This document shows positions 1 through 14,291 of a stretch of DNA of 64,000 nt, in pieces (position 1 is the first letter of the stretch; every line of letters starts with the position of its first letter). The DNA comes from Chrysomallon squamiferum. Lineage: Eukaryota; Animalia; Mollusca. Under the pieces are notes generated by a model. That model worked only from the letters and a program-made list of their open reading frames with translations, had not been told where the DNA came from and ran no database searches. Location: NCBI GenBank assembly GCA_012295275.1, contig CM022679.1, positions 16,802,001 through 16,866,000 of the forward strand, read 5' to 3'. The position numbers and the translations under genes are program-made.

Positions 1-555
1 TCAATTGATTTTAAAATCTTAAATAAAACTCAGAATGGACTGTATCAGTGCCAAAACTATTGCTATCACCACCAAATATGGGAGCCAGATTTACCCCATG
101 CATGAAAGCCAGAATTGCTCCAAGTGGTGGAGTAAAATAAAACATAGACTGCTTTCCAAATTACCACATATTAATCGAGTTTCTTCTGCAGAACTTAATA
201 ATTGATTATATATTTACCTGTTATAACTTATCACCAACCTTATGTCTATAGGACTAAAAATATAGCATGCATTTTTGAAACCTCAGAATGCATTTTTTTT
301 TTCAACCTTGTTGTTTTCATTACTTTCATGGCCACTATACTTCATGTGTAAATGGCTGATTACCTACATCCTTTGTTCAAATAAGAGATAGGAAGGTTCT
401 GTTTATATCAACAAAGTTCCAGAGATATGTACAGAGCAGTATAGCAGCTACAAGTCATGATATACCTCAGGGTTCAGAATTATCCCATCTTACACTACAT
501 GCCTATGATGAACCCCAGGAGTTTGGATGATATATATATATATATATATAAATAA

Positions 556-647
556 ACCCAATTTCATAAACCTCTCCAACCCAAACCAATATATATATAT
601 ATATATATATATGTTGGTTTGGGTTGGAGAGGTTCATGAACTTGGGT
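556..647. repeat. 34-bp inverted repeat around an (AT)n core (hairpin/cruciform), probably in a PP2A intron
   Basis: 556-589 acccaatttcataaacctctccaacccaaaccaa is the reverse complement of 614-647 with 2 mismatches; the spacer is itself palindromic (TA)n. Confidence 0.9.
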
Positions 648-982
648 ACCAAAATGCAAAAAAAGCCAAAACTAAAAGTACCATTTAAAAAAATTAGCCG
701 GTATGAGTGTTTTATAGTAACAAATAGGGATTATTTTCACCAAGTTTCAGTTCTATAACATAAAAAATAATGGTTTTGGTTTTTCGTCTAGCTTTTTATA
801 TGGGCTTTGAATAATTACTGTAGTACAGTCCTGAATTACAGAAACAACTTTTTGTACTCTTGCCACAGTTGGTGCTCCAGAACTGTGGATATAGTTAATG
901 TGTTATGTTCTTTATTGCCTGTGAACCATATGTCTTCCAAATCATCTCTTAAACAAAGTATTTTCTTCTTATTTCATTTCAG

Positions 983-2639
<1,657 letters not shown>

Positions 2640-5438
2640 GCAAACTGTGGCAGATGTATTTTATTGCGGACAACTAGTTAAGAGAACAGTTTATTATGAA
2701 AGAAAACAAAAGATCTGTGGAATGTAGTGCTTGTTTTCTTTGATGGGGGAAAACAAAAATGAGTCATTTAACTTTTATGACAAGCTTTGTTGTTAATAGT
2801 TTTTTAAAAATGTATTGAACATGAAGTACTAACTGAGAAGCAATATTTTGTCCTGAACTGTCACCTTGATAAATCCTTTGTTATTGTGATAATTATTTAT
2901 GAGTATCAAGATGTAATAATAACTAACAGGTGCAAAATTGTTCTAATATTTATTATGGGGTGGAAGGTAGCTAATAACACAATCTATTAATTACAACAGA
3001 TAAAATTACTTTTGCAAAAGCTTTTTTTTTATTTTTTTTTTTAATATTACAAATGTTTTCAAAATTCATTTTGTGGGAGATTGTTATTTTTTAGCAGAAA
3101 CTGAAATCTGAAAATTTGTCTTGAAGTTTGGGAATAAATACAGAGAAAAAATAATCAGTCCACAAACTAGATTTTACATCCCCTTGTATTTATTAAAATT
3201 ATAATATTGGACCACTATTTTGTCTCATCTCTTCAAAAAACAAATTGTGAATTATAATATTTATGATTTCAGTGAATTTACAATTGCTAAAGAATATTGC
3301 CATTAATTGTTAAAAAAACAAAAATTAAGAGTTTATAACATGGTATATATTGCAGATTTTATAATCCAAGTGTAATGTGTGTATCCCCCTCAGTGAAAAT
3401 GTTTTGCATGATTTGTATACTTTGTGTTCTTTTATTAGCGTATTTTAGATGCCAAGAGAAATGTTTAAATACTTCATATAGATAAATGTGTATATATGTA
3501 TTATGTACAGTAAAGCTTGAGACTTTTGAAAAAAAAGTATCGTTAGGGATGCACAAAATTTGAGCATCGAAAAAGTAGATTAAAAACATGTTTAATTCAT
3601 TTGGTTCAGAATTGAAAATCAGACAACTTTAAAAGATTTTCTGCTATAAATTACAACAAAATTATTTTATGTCTATAAACATCCATTTTTGTGCATCTGC
3701 AATTTCATATGTGTGAAAAATAATGAAGAACAGTCAAGACTAACCAATGTTTGTCACATCTGTTATCACTGTAACCACACTTCAGTCTGGGTTGTTACAA
3801 GTTCTTAATAAACTGTTCATTCCATGTTCACATGCACATTAGTAACATCTTGCATTTTTTTTTAAATATCTATACATTCATAGTAACATCTTGTGGGGTT
3901 TTTTTTAATATCCTTTTACAATTACAGTTCTCTTCCCATGTATGAACAAAGTATCTGATTTTACACTGATGTTGTTATTGTAAAATAAAATAAATGTCAT
4001 TTAAATATCTTTATTTGTTACATCATTGAATGCTACATACATGTTTATAGTTGGAAGAGGGAAACGATTATTGCCATTTGCAGTATTTATACAGATTTAA
4101 TCCGAAATTTGTTTGATAAACTGCAATAAATAATCGATGTAGCAGTATCAGCCAGTAATATTTATGGCTGGGAAGTGGTTGTGTTAATATGTTTTATCTG
4201 TCACCATAACATTGTTCATCACTAATGCTTATAAATTGGTGAAGCTGCAGTACTCCTTACTATGACTATAAACATCTATCCAGTGGAAAAAAAGGACAAT
4301 TTCCTCAAATTTTAAGTAACAGACCACTAAAGAAAATGGTATAGAATAGTGTCTTAACCAAAGGTTTCTCTATAAAAAAAAAAAAATTATTTTGTTTGGT
4401 ACTGTTTGCTGCTGGAAAGATATCTATGAAATGGTCTTCATATAATTCTTGGTAATTTTCTTTTTTCCTCTACAGTGAGATCATTTCTTGCTTCTACTTG
4501 TGTTGTTATGTCCAGTAAAACATTTTCTGTTAACTACACAACTGAAGAAAAAAATGTTTTTTATCTTACTAAAAATTAAAGTAGTACTGTAAATAGGCAG
4601 ATGAGAGCATAAGTGGACACAATATAAATTTTCAAAGGATTCCTGTAGGCATTGTTTTGCCTTGGATAATCAGATTTCACGGCGTGATTGACATGCAAGT
4701 TTTCAGAAAATTAAATAAGTAAGAAGTCAACAGTATGTTTTAACATACAACCATTATAGCATGGAGTTAAAATTCTTCTTTAGTTTTTTCAAATGTTCAT
4801 ACAAGATAAATCATAAAAGACAAACCAATATCACATGTTAACCAGAATGAAAAATCAAATTCTTTTTTCTTTTTCTTTTATTTGTTCATCACAAATAATT
4901 ATGTACAATTCATAATTAACAAATATAGGCAGTATAATCTTGGTTTCATTGATTAAATTACCAGCCAGATAGATTTTCTCAAAAAAAAAATATATAGTAT
5001 TAACCACAAACAACCAAAATAATTTTCAGTGCTCCACCTTTGTAACCAAGGATACACCCCTGTTCACATTGAACATTTTGCTATTGCATGTATGTTCAAA
5101 ATGTGTAGATTTATGAAGATGTAAAATTTACATTTTGAAGAAGAAAAAAATGTAATTAAATGTCATAATTTCATTTTGAAATGTCTTATTATAACGTAAT
5201 ATTTACATGACAGCACTTTAAAAAAAAAAAATATATATATGTATGAACACTGAGTGTTCAAACTCCAGTGATGTATATTGGATAAAAACCTGTATAAAAA
5301 TAATATAATAATATACTAGTAAGTAAAAGCAGCTTAAAATTAACGTAATTAAAAAGACACTTTCTTAGCTGTGCCCAATTTAGCATTTACTAATAAAGAG
5401 ATAGTTTCCACCGAGTGCTTCCTCAGCTCAAAGTGCTT

Positions 5439-8400
5439 TCAAGGAGTATATATAGGAGGCTTCTGAAAAAAAAAAAAAAAAACCAGTGTGCTTGGCAAAT
5501 TGTAGTATTCAGCATAAACTATCAGTTAAAATACATTAAAATGAAAATGAAGAAAGAAAATACTTTTTACTGTTTGAATATACTCTGTAGAATATCTGCA
5601 GTACAAAGGAAACTATGATTTATTGTCTACATCAGTGAAAGTATGTTATCATTAAGCTTGATTTTTAAATTTGTGTTTGCTTCATTCATGATATGTTATC
5701 CTATTTAATTTTAGATAAACATTACTGATTTTTTATGAATTTTATGTGTAAACTTCACTGTAACACATTAAGCATAGTACCTGATTTGGCTGGTACTGTG
5801 GTGGTGGGTTATAAGATGGCATATGAGGCTGATTTGTTGGATATGGAGGTACTGCTGTAGATGTAGTTGTAGTGACAACTGTGCCATACTGTGAAGGATT
5901 CTGGTTGCGTATCAGATAGTAATTTGCCTGCAGTCGTCTGCGGCGAATGCAACAGTAGGAACAGCTGATAATCCCAACCAATACACAAATCCAGATAAAC
6001 CAAAACCCTAAAACAAAACAGATCATTAATTAAAAGTGTATGGATGTAAGTACTAATACAAGCAACATTTAATTCATTTGAAATCTGACATCTTAACCAC
6101 CTCATAATAAAAATAATATTTCCTTGTATTTTAAAAATTATAAAATTTCTGAAAATTGGTTGGTTGTTTCCATACAATTATTTGTTCAGTGGTTGTAAGA
6201 AAAGAGTAATATCATAAATTAGCAGATTACAGACCATTTGCATTGTAAGCATGTTCTAGTAGACTAGCAAGACTTTTTATGATTTGTGGAGAATGATTGA
6301 TGTAGGAAATACTCATTGTTGAGTATATTGTCAAAAATAAATACCTGACCTATTCTTCCTCAGTGAGTACCCATCAGTAAGACACAGGTAATTCCTGTTT
6401 TTATATTCAAGGTTTAAAAACATTTTCTTGTTCAAATTCAAGTTTATAACAACAAGTTTTCATGAATACATTAAAAAAAAAAATATTTTTATTATTATTT
6501 TTTAACTTACACCAGTAATCATAAACGAAACAGCAGATGTCATTGTTCAGTCCACAACAGTAAGCTCCAGCATCTGGCAAAACACAAATATAACAAAACC
6601 TGAATTGCACATAAAAAATAAACAAAAACAAGTTTCTTTAACTTTCTGATAGAAAAAAATATTGTATATGGTGATATAATAATAAGGAAGGGAGAAATGT
6701 TAATTTAAATATGATTTTTGTTATCTGTGGTACAATTCATGTAGGTAAATTCAAACAGGAGGAGAGAAAAAACATGGTACAGCCACATTTTATTACTTTC
6801 TGTGATTTTTATATGTAACCATGTTGCCCAGAAACTGACAGGAAACCTACTGTTGCCACACACTGAGCTCTCCTAATTGAGTGTTAGGAACATGTACTAT
6901 AATTCTGTGGATGTCTGAAAGGAAGTCGAGTGTTAGGAACATGTACTATAATTCTGTGGATGTCTGAAAGGAAGTCCACTACTGGCTGGAAGAGACTGTG
7001 AAAGAAACACAAAAATAATCCTTTATGACCAGTATACCTCAGTTCAGATCTCACCAGTGAGCAAACTACTGACAAGAAGATGCATCTATCAGTTTGGTAA
7101 CAGGTATTAAAATGGATCACTAAAAATGATGATGAATATAATTATATTGTCCTTACTATCACAAATTGTTCCATCACAGGTTATGACACACTGAAATGTA
7201 AAATAAAAAAGTAAATGTCAGAAATATTAAATAACATTTACTGTTATTTTTACTACTACTACTACTACTATTGTTATTAATGATTAACTTTGTTAATGAT
7301 TCATTCTTTTAAGCATAATATTATATTTATTTAAAATAATAATAATTGTATAAATGTCTTTGGGGTTTCTCTATGATGACCCATATAGCTAAAGAATTAA
7401 GTAACAATATTAATATTTAAATGGAACAAAAGCTAGTTCTTTTAATACCAGTTAATAAAGAGTTTAAATACTTGACTAAGACCAATATCTAATTTAACAT
7501 TATTCTGAACAAAACCCTCATGAAGTCTATGCTGTAAACCTCATGCTTTATTCTTGCCAATTAACCCAGAAAAGCTAATACCTAATCACAATTCCATTTA
7601 ATCATTTTGAAATGTTATTACATTCTGTGTAATTATAACACATCTTTCTTGGGTGCATAAATTCAAGAATCTCAGTTGTCTGTCCATGATGTGAAACCAT
7701 TCAACTACTTTTACACTAACTTCATAAATAAGTTAGAAACGCGTAACATTGCCCTTGTTTCTCGTTTAGATGTTTATTAAAACAACAACAACAACAACAA
7801 CAATTATGATAGTTTATCTACGCACTAGTATAGGGTCATTCCGTGTCAAATCACCCCCCCCCCAAAAAAGAAATTTAAACCCGACCGTCTCAGATTTTTG
7901 TAAAACTTGGTATACTTGTTGACTGGGATCCCACAGCACCAAATCTGAAATTTTAGCTCAATCAGACCAGTGGTGTGGGAGATACGGCCCACCGAATTTT
8001 GAGATTTTTGCCAAAAAACTAAACCTTGGAATCCTTGTCATTTTGCCTTTCTAACAATACCAATTTTATGAAGATTGGCCCAGTAGTTCCTGAGATATAA
8101 GGGTTCTAAGGTTGGTGGTCATTTTTGGCAGAAATCTCAAAATTCGGTGGGCCGTATCTCCCACACCACTGGTCTGATTGAGCTAAAATTTCAGATTTGG
8201 TGCTGTGGGATCCCAGTCAACAAGTATACCAAGTTTTATAAAAATCTGAGACGGTCGGGTTTAAACCATTGGGTGATTTGACACGGAATGACCCTATATA
8301 CTTTATAAGTATTTACTAAGTATTTTATAAGTGCAGGTTATTATTATTATCACACACACACACACACATTAATATTTAGTCTCCGTGTGATAGCATTATT

Positions 8401-8593
8401 ATATCATATGATATAAGGTATTATAACCATATAATGATATACGATCAAGATAGTGAGACTAGTAAAAATAAAAAAATGATAGAAACAATAAGAGCAGCGA
8501 TGTTTCAAAATTACACTCCATGACACTCACGAAGACTGATGGAATGAAACTGATAAGTAAACCCAGTCTCCAAATAATTCCATTGCAAACCAT
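5439..8593 (-). CDS. Small single-pass Cys-rich membrane protein, WBP1/VOPP1 (Shisa-like) family, ~136 aa
   Basis: Exons 8593-8531, 7190-7157, 6573-6511, 6007-5781, 5462-5439 join in frame: signal peptide MVCNGIIWRLGLLISFIPSVFC, C-C-CC-CC ectodomain, YDYWWFWFIW TM start, juxtamembrane CCIRRRR, Pro-rich tail with PPQY and PPIY (PPxY) motifs. Confidence 0.85.
6879..6976. repeat. Perfect 49-bp tandem duplication in an intron
   Basis: gagtgttaggaacatgtactataattctgtggatgtctgaaaggaagtc occurs twice head-to-tail. Confidence 0.9.
7831..8296. mobile_element. Foldback-type MITE (Tc1/mariner-like, TA target duplication)
   Basis: Terminal inverted repeats tagggtcattccgtgtcaaatcaccc / gggtgatttgacacggaatgacccta flanked by TA; inner ~144-bp near-perfect inverted arms at 7874-8017 and 8122-8266; no ORF. 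Confidence 0.88.
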
Positions 8594-8649
8594 TTTGTTG
8601 ATCATCTTTTATAATGCAAAAGTTGAACGGTGTTGTACAATTATTGAAG

Positions 8650-8725
8650 ACAACCCGGAAGAAACGGAACAACCCAAAACGATCACTACTTGATTGGTTG
8701 TGTTAAAGGTCCCGCGCATGCGTGT
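8650..8725 (-). promoter_or_regulatory. Probable promoter of the WBP1-like gene
   Basis: Local CpG cluster just upstream of the ATG with ETS ccggaag (8655), CCAAT box (gattgg, 8692) and NRF1-like cgcgcatgcg (8713). Confidence 0.55.
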
Positions 8726-10389
8726 TTTTGCTCTTGAACTAAAAACATTTTATTTTCCAAACACAAGTGTATTATTCGCAAATATTTTTAATAATAATAA
8801 TAACTTATATTGACAGTTTTCCCTCTACGTTGCATAATATAACTGGTCAAAAACAATGACGAGATAGTGCAAGGTTTTTTCCTCCAAAATTATATGTAAT
8901 AGTAGTAATACCCAACTAGGTGTAATCTTAGCATCTGCTAAGTGAAAGAAAAAAGAACAAAAGCTCCTCATTTTGTACTATAATTATGGCAGCTGAAAGT
9001 CTTCGACTACAGCACCCCTTTATGTAACCATTTTATTTGATCTTTCCAGTCCCTACATAATAAATTTTCATTTCTATATGTTTTTTAAAATATACAAAAA
9101 TAAAAACATGATTATAAGAAAATTTATTAAAATGGAGAGATAATCATAATATTAATTATGGCGTATATTTACTATGTTGCAAACAACCCGCACTTAACTG
9201 ATTTAGATCCAAAAGATTATTCTCAAAATGAATTTCATTTTATAAATTACAGATAATACTGTTGTAAATTACAGAGGAAAATAAATCGAAAGTGCAAAAG
9301 TAATAATAAATAACATTAACATTTATTAGTCAGTCTGTCATAATATTGGTTAAATTGATCAAAAATAATAAGTTAAACTGCCTGAAATGCAATTTTTTAT
9401 GGAGGCATTAATAACTTTTTTCCGTTTTACCTTATATATTTATTCATTTTAATTGAATTCTTGTTTTTCACATGACAGCAAACCATTTTTTTTTTTTTTT
9501 TTTAAATAATAGAATAAATACATTACATTAGACACAGTTCCTGATTAGTTTCCAGCTTCTGACAATACATTTTATTATATAGTTTTATTAACTGAAAAAA
9601 ATGTTCATGACAAGGAACATGACATTTAGTTATATCTTATGTCGTGTTAACAGCACTGAGTTGGTGATGCAAAATGGTATTGATGTGATGCATCATGGGA
9701 CATCTTGTAGATCACTGATGTCAGTGAACAAAATTAAATTGTTTCTTATGAACTTTAAAAAAAAAAAATGTATTTATTTATTTGTTATTATCAAATATTA
9801 TGACCAAGAGCAGATAATTTAGTGGTAAAATTTAGTGGTATTCGCATTTGACAGACCAGATGATGCTGTCCATTCAAGAGGACCTGAAACAGTTTAAATA
9901 CAACTGCTTCTACTAGTGATATTAAGTTATAAATATTTAAATAAAAATGCCTTTTCAATTAGCAGAAAAGCACTGCTTTTGAATTGATTTCATTGATTTT
10001 TTTGAAAACAATTTTTTTTTTTTTTCTACACAGAAGATCTGAATTATTAAATATTAACTACACAAAAAAAATGTTAAAAATATATAAATATGTATTGCTT
10101 ACACCTACTCCAGTTTGTTCTTTGTATTTAAAAATTAAGGCACATCTGTATTACATAATGAATTGTCATGAAGAGAGTTGACCTCTTTCCCAATGTTTGT
10201 AATGAACATATAAACTAGGTCCCCACATATATCAGTATTTCTTCAACAGAAAATTAAAATGTACATATCACTCAATTTGGGTTAGCAATAATAATAATGA
10301 GAATTAAAAATGATACTCTAAGCATATATCAACTGTGGTGCAATTCTCTCCTTCCATTATTAACTGATAGACCATTTATCTGAGTGTGT

Positions 10390-10880
10390 GTGTGTGAAAA
10401 AGAGAGATGCTACACAACTCAATTAGAACTGTAGTTGGTTTATTTAAATAAAAATGAATATCAATACAAGAATATTATTCAAGAACACAATAATAAAATG
10501 TTTAGTATTTAAATGTAAATACATTGAAATCATATTTTCTGTTTTGTTTCTAAGTCTCTTCAGTCATTAAGAAATGATTTACTGATCAGTTTTCACAATT
10601 AAATCCAAACAGTTCTTGTGTGTCTATATATATATATATAAATGTGTGTGAAAAAGAGAAATGATACATAACTTTATTAGAATTGTAATTGGTTTGTTTA
10701 AATAAAAATTAATATCAATAACTGATTATTCAAGAAAATACAATAAGAAGTTTTTAGTATTTAAATGTTAATACACTGAAATCATATTTTTAGTTTTGTC
10801 TTTAAGTCACTTCAATTCTCAGTCATTAAGAAATGATTTACTGATCACAGTTTTCACACAACCAAATCCAAACAATTCCT
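10390..10880. repeat. Diverged ~235-bp tandem duplication of the last codons plus proximal 3' UTR of the minus-strand Kelch gene
   Basis: 10390-10619 parallels 10644-10880; both run gtgtgtgaaaaagaga...tcagtcattaagaaatgatttactgatca...aaatccaaaca.ttc.tg. Confidence 0.85.
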
Positions 10881-12531
10881 GGGGAAGACGGGCATTACTG
10901 TACACTGCAACAGAACATTCTGCTGGGTCAAATGTTAGAATTTCGTCATATGCTTTGTTTGAACCTATCCCTCCAAGGATGAATATTTTCCCCTGATGCT
11001 GAACAATACCATAACCACATCTGTGAAAATTTGGCAAAGTGGACTTAAATACCACTTCTGAATCTTGGTTGTATGCTAAAATTTTGCCATCAGGTATAAT
11101 GATGTAGACTTCTCTGTTTAAAACCACGGAGGTGGTCAATCCAGATGAAAATGGTAGATTGCAAATTACACTAGTGTTCCTACTTCTGATGTTGAAACAC
11201 TGAACAACCTGGACTTCTACATCATCCAGAGTTATACCACCAAAAACATAAATATCTCCTTTGACTACAGAGGCAGACGCTGAACGAATGGGTGTGAACA
11301 GATAACCAGCAAGTTGCCACTTGCCCACTGTTACATTGAATTCCTCAATGCTTGCCAGGGTTCTGTTAATTTCTGTGTGGGTGTCATTGTAACCACCAAT
11401 TACGTACAAATTATCCTCAACAGCAACCATAGAATGACGTCGACGTCCCACCAGAAGAGTTTCACAAGCTAACCATTTGTTCTGTACACATTGAAAATAC
11501 ATAAGACCCTTCAATCTACCAGAACCGCCAGACACAAATATTGCATTACCATAGGCACATGAAGCAAATTCGATTCCTGGGTCATAAATCATTGGTGTTA
11601 AAGTAAACCACTTCTTTTGCTGACAGCCAAAGCAGAAAACATCTCGAGAAGTCCGACTGATATTCCCACTGCCTCCAATACAACAAATAACTTCTTCAAA
11701 TTGCCCATAGTTTCTGTATTTTAATCGAGGTGATATAAACTCTGACCTCCTTGCTGGCAGAAGATGATACCGTTTTGCCTCTTCCAAAACTCTACGGCAT
11801 CTTTCACTTTCTCTTATGAATGCATTTTGTTCAAGAACTTCAACAAGATACTCTGCTCTAACCAAAGGAAGACGAAGGTGTTCAAAAAGTTCATCAAAGT
11901 ATTTGTTTCTGTTTTTGAAGTCTTTTTTTACCCATTTTAATACTGCTTCACATACCATTTCCTCACTTGGTGTTTTCAAATCATTACTGTCAATAAGTTC
12001 TAAAATCTCTTGCTTTTCTAACTGAAGAAAATCATCTGTAAGCCAAAGCTGGGTAAAATGAGTGGCAACAAATGGCTGCAGTCTCATGATAAGATATTCA
12101 CAGTGGTAGATATGTGCCAGTTTCCACATCCCTAGACAGTTTTCTGAATCCACATTTCCCAGAAGAAATTCTTCACAAGTTAACTGCAGTGACTTGATCT
12201 GCAGCATGACTGAAGCATGGAGGACTGCCTGCACATTTTCAGTGGTAAGAATCTTTTTATCAAAGTAGATGAAGTCCAAAACCAATCTAAAAGTCTCCCT
12301 TGTGATTTCTTTCAGTGTAACAACTCCATCCTGGCTCTCCTTCATTCCTGAGCTATACATAGCATCAAAGTATGGAGATATTGCTGCTAGAATAACTCTA
12401 TGGCAGAAAAAGCTTGTATTCTCTACTATAATTTCTGTATCAGAATAACTTCTGTTTTCATAAAAACGACAAAGCCCCATTCGTAAATGGTCAATTAGTA
12501 CGGATCTGAAATCACAGTTTTCTTGTGACAT
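10819..12531 (-). CDS. Kelch-like protein (BTB-BACK-Kelch, KLHL24-like), 570 aa, intronless CDS
   Basis: BTB (FFCHRVILAAISPYFDAMYSSGMKES), BACK (NCLGMW...SEEMVCEAVLKWV...LFEHLRLPL), Kelch repeats with GG motifs (LYVIGG, IYVFGG, IFILGG); splice acceptor at 12631 upstream of the ATG. Confidence 0.95.
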   Translation of the reverse strand: MSQENCDFRSVLIDHLRMGLCRFYENRSYSDTEIIVENTSFFCHRVILAAISPYFDAMYSSGMKESQDGVVTLKEITRETFRLVLDFIYFDKKILTTENVQAVLHASVMLQIKSLQLTCEEFLLGNVDSENCLGMWKLAHIYHCEYLIMRLQPFVATHFTQLWLTDDFLQLEKQEILELIDSNDLKTPSEEMVCEAVLKWVKKDFKNRNKYFDELFEHLRLPLVRAEYLVEVLEQNAFIRESERCRRVLEEAKRYHLLPARRSEFISPRLKYRNYGQFEEVICCIGGSGNISRTSRDVFCFGCQQKKWFTLTPMIYDPGIEFASCAYGNAIFVSGGSGRLKGLMYFQCVQNKWLACETLLVGRRRHSMVAVEDNLYVIGGYNDTHTEINRTLASIEEFNVTVGKWQLAGYLFTPIRSASASVVKGDIYVFGGITLDDVEVQVVQCFNIRSRNTSVICNLPFSSGLTTSVVLNREVYIIIPDGKILAYNQDSEVVFKSTLPNFHRCGYGIVQHQGKIFILGGIGSNKAYDEILTFDPAECSVAVYSNARLPQELFGFGCVKTVISKSFLND

Positions 12532-13539
12532 GACTGTACTCGTAGTAATCAGGACTGATATAATAGTATAGTTTATTTAGTACACATCCCAAATCATCTT
12601 GTTCTCAGCATATTTCATTATTCTTCAAACCTGCATAAAAAGAAAGAAAAAAGATTATATCATTTTATTTTAATTAATTTAGCACAAGTATATTTTACAC
12701 AACCTTCTTCAAAATTATACAAATAATTTAATTATCTATTTGTTAAACATTGATATAAACATAAACGTTCTAGCAAAGCCATTATAGGTATATATCATTG
12801 CTGGGTCTGCAAAAATGTATCTACAAAATTTAAAAATTATGCTTTATCTTTCACAGTGTAATTATCACTACATCTATCATAGCAATAAGGTTATATATCC
12901 ACAAATATCTTCAAAAGAGGCATACTTTTGAGGTCATTATATTGCAAATGATCAAAAACAACAGTATTGTATTTGAGCGATGTCAGTACATATTTAAATC
13001 CTGCAATGTGTACATAGTGGCAAGATAATAGACATGATTACTAGATAAATTTCTATATTTTTTACCAAATATAGCTTTTTGTGTTGGATGTAATCATATA
13101 TATTTACTTTGTTAAAATTACTGGTTATTTATACAAAAATATTCAGTCAATGAACATTCTTATGAAAAGAAATTATGCATTACTATAATAATTTTTAAAT
13201 GAGATATATTTTGAAGTGGCTGACTGCAGCAGTTGCTATGTTTACAAACTTACAAAGCTTTAAATATTAATTTAATAACTGACCTATTTCTTAAGGGAAG
13301 AGGATTACAAGAATCCACTATTCTTTATAGTTTATTTATATTCTTCATTATTTTCTTTAAAGGAATGAATAAATAGTAATAATGCATATTATTTCACTTA
13401 AAACGCAAATATTTTGTCTAAAAGCTTTTTGTTATTTAAATCCGACGGGAAAACGATCGAACTCTTTGCCGGATATATGAAATTACAAGTTTAACAATTT
13501 GTTGAAGCGTATACATTATTCAGTAAATGTGTTCCGAAA

Positions 13540-13800
13540 TATAACCTTACTATACCATGACACATTAAGAACATCTTTATGATATTATACGCATTTGAAC
13601 ATTGATATATACCCGAGTTTCAACATTTCAAAAGCAGAAATCGGCTACCTCGCTGTTGTCAAAGCTATATACGAAGGGAAGTAATACTATCCGGAAGTAT
13701 GGTTCAAAATTCCGATTGTTTCCCTTATACTAATAAAATTAATACTTTATTGCAGAGTGATTACAATGTGACGGTGTAACAGGTAGGCTCACATACGTGG
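13540..13800. promoter_or_regulatory. Probable bidirectional promoter and short non-coding first exons of the two Kelch genes
   Basis: CpG-containing region with ETS ccggaagt at 13691; plus-strand donor aacag|gtagg at 13783 pairs with the acceptor at 14285; minus-strand donor candidates near 13612 and 13550. Confidence 0.5.
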
Positions 13801-14169
13801 ATCTGTTATTACCATCTAAATATTTGCCCAAGAATATCCACTATGTTTTGTACGATTATAATCTGTAAAGCAGAATTACCAGTAGTTCAGTAGTGCTGTA
13901 TTTATTTATTTACCATTTAATATAATAAATATGTACATAATGCCGTATAATGGTATATACTAATATAGCATTTTCAAAGGCTAAAATAACCTTAATACCA
14001 TTTAAGTCTAAAAGAATAAATAAATTATCGAGCACAAGACTGGCAGGACTTTTAGGATGGTTTCGAAAGATTTCATGTATGCACTTGTTTACCGTATGTA
14101 AGAATCTCCACCAAATGAAATAATTATTTATTAGAGATAGTATTTCACAATAATTAAAATAGATCCAAC

Positions 14170-14170
<1 letters not shown>

Positions 14171-14218
<48 letters not shown>

Positions 14219-14228
14219 TTTAATAATA
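14171..14228. repeat. (AAT)n microsatellite
   Basis: Direct reading; similar tracts at about 17108-17160 and 27202-27243. Confidence 0.9.
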
Positions 14229-14291
14229 ACGCCAATAACAATGAACAATATAAAATTGTTAGATATTTCTTTTTCCTATTTTTAGGTTTCA

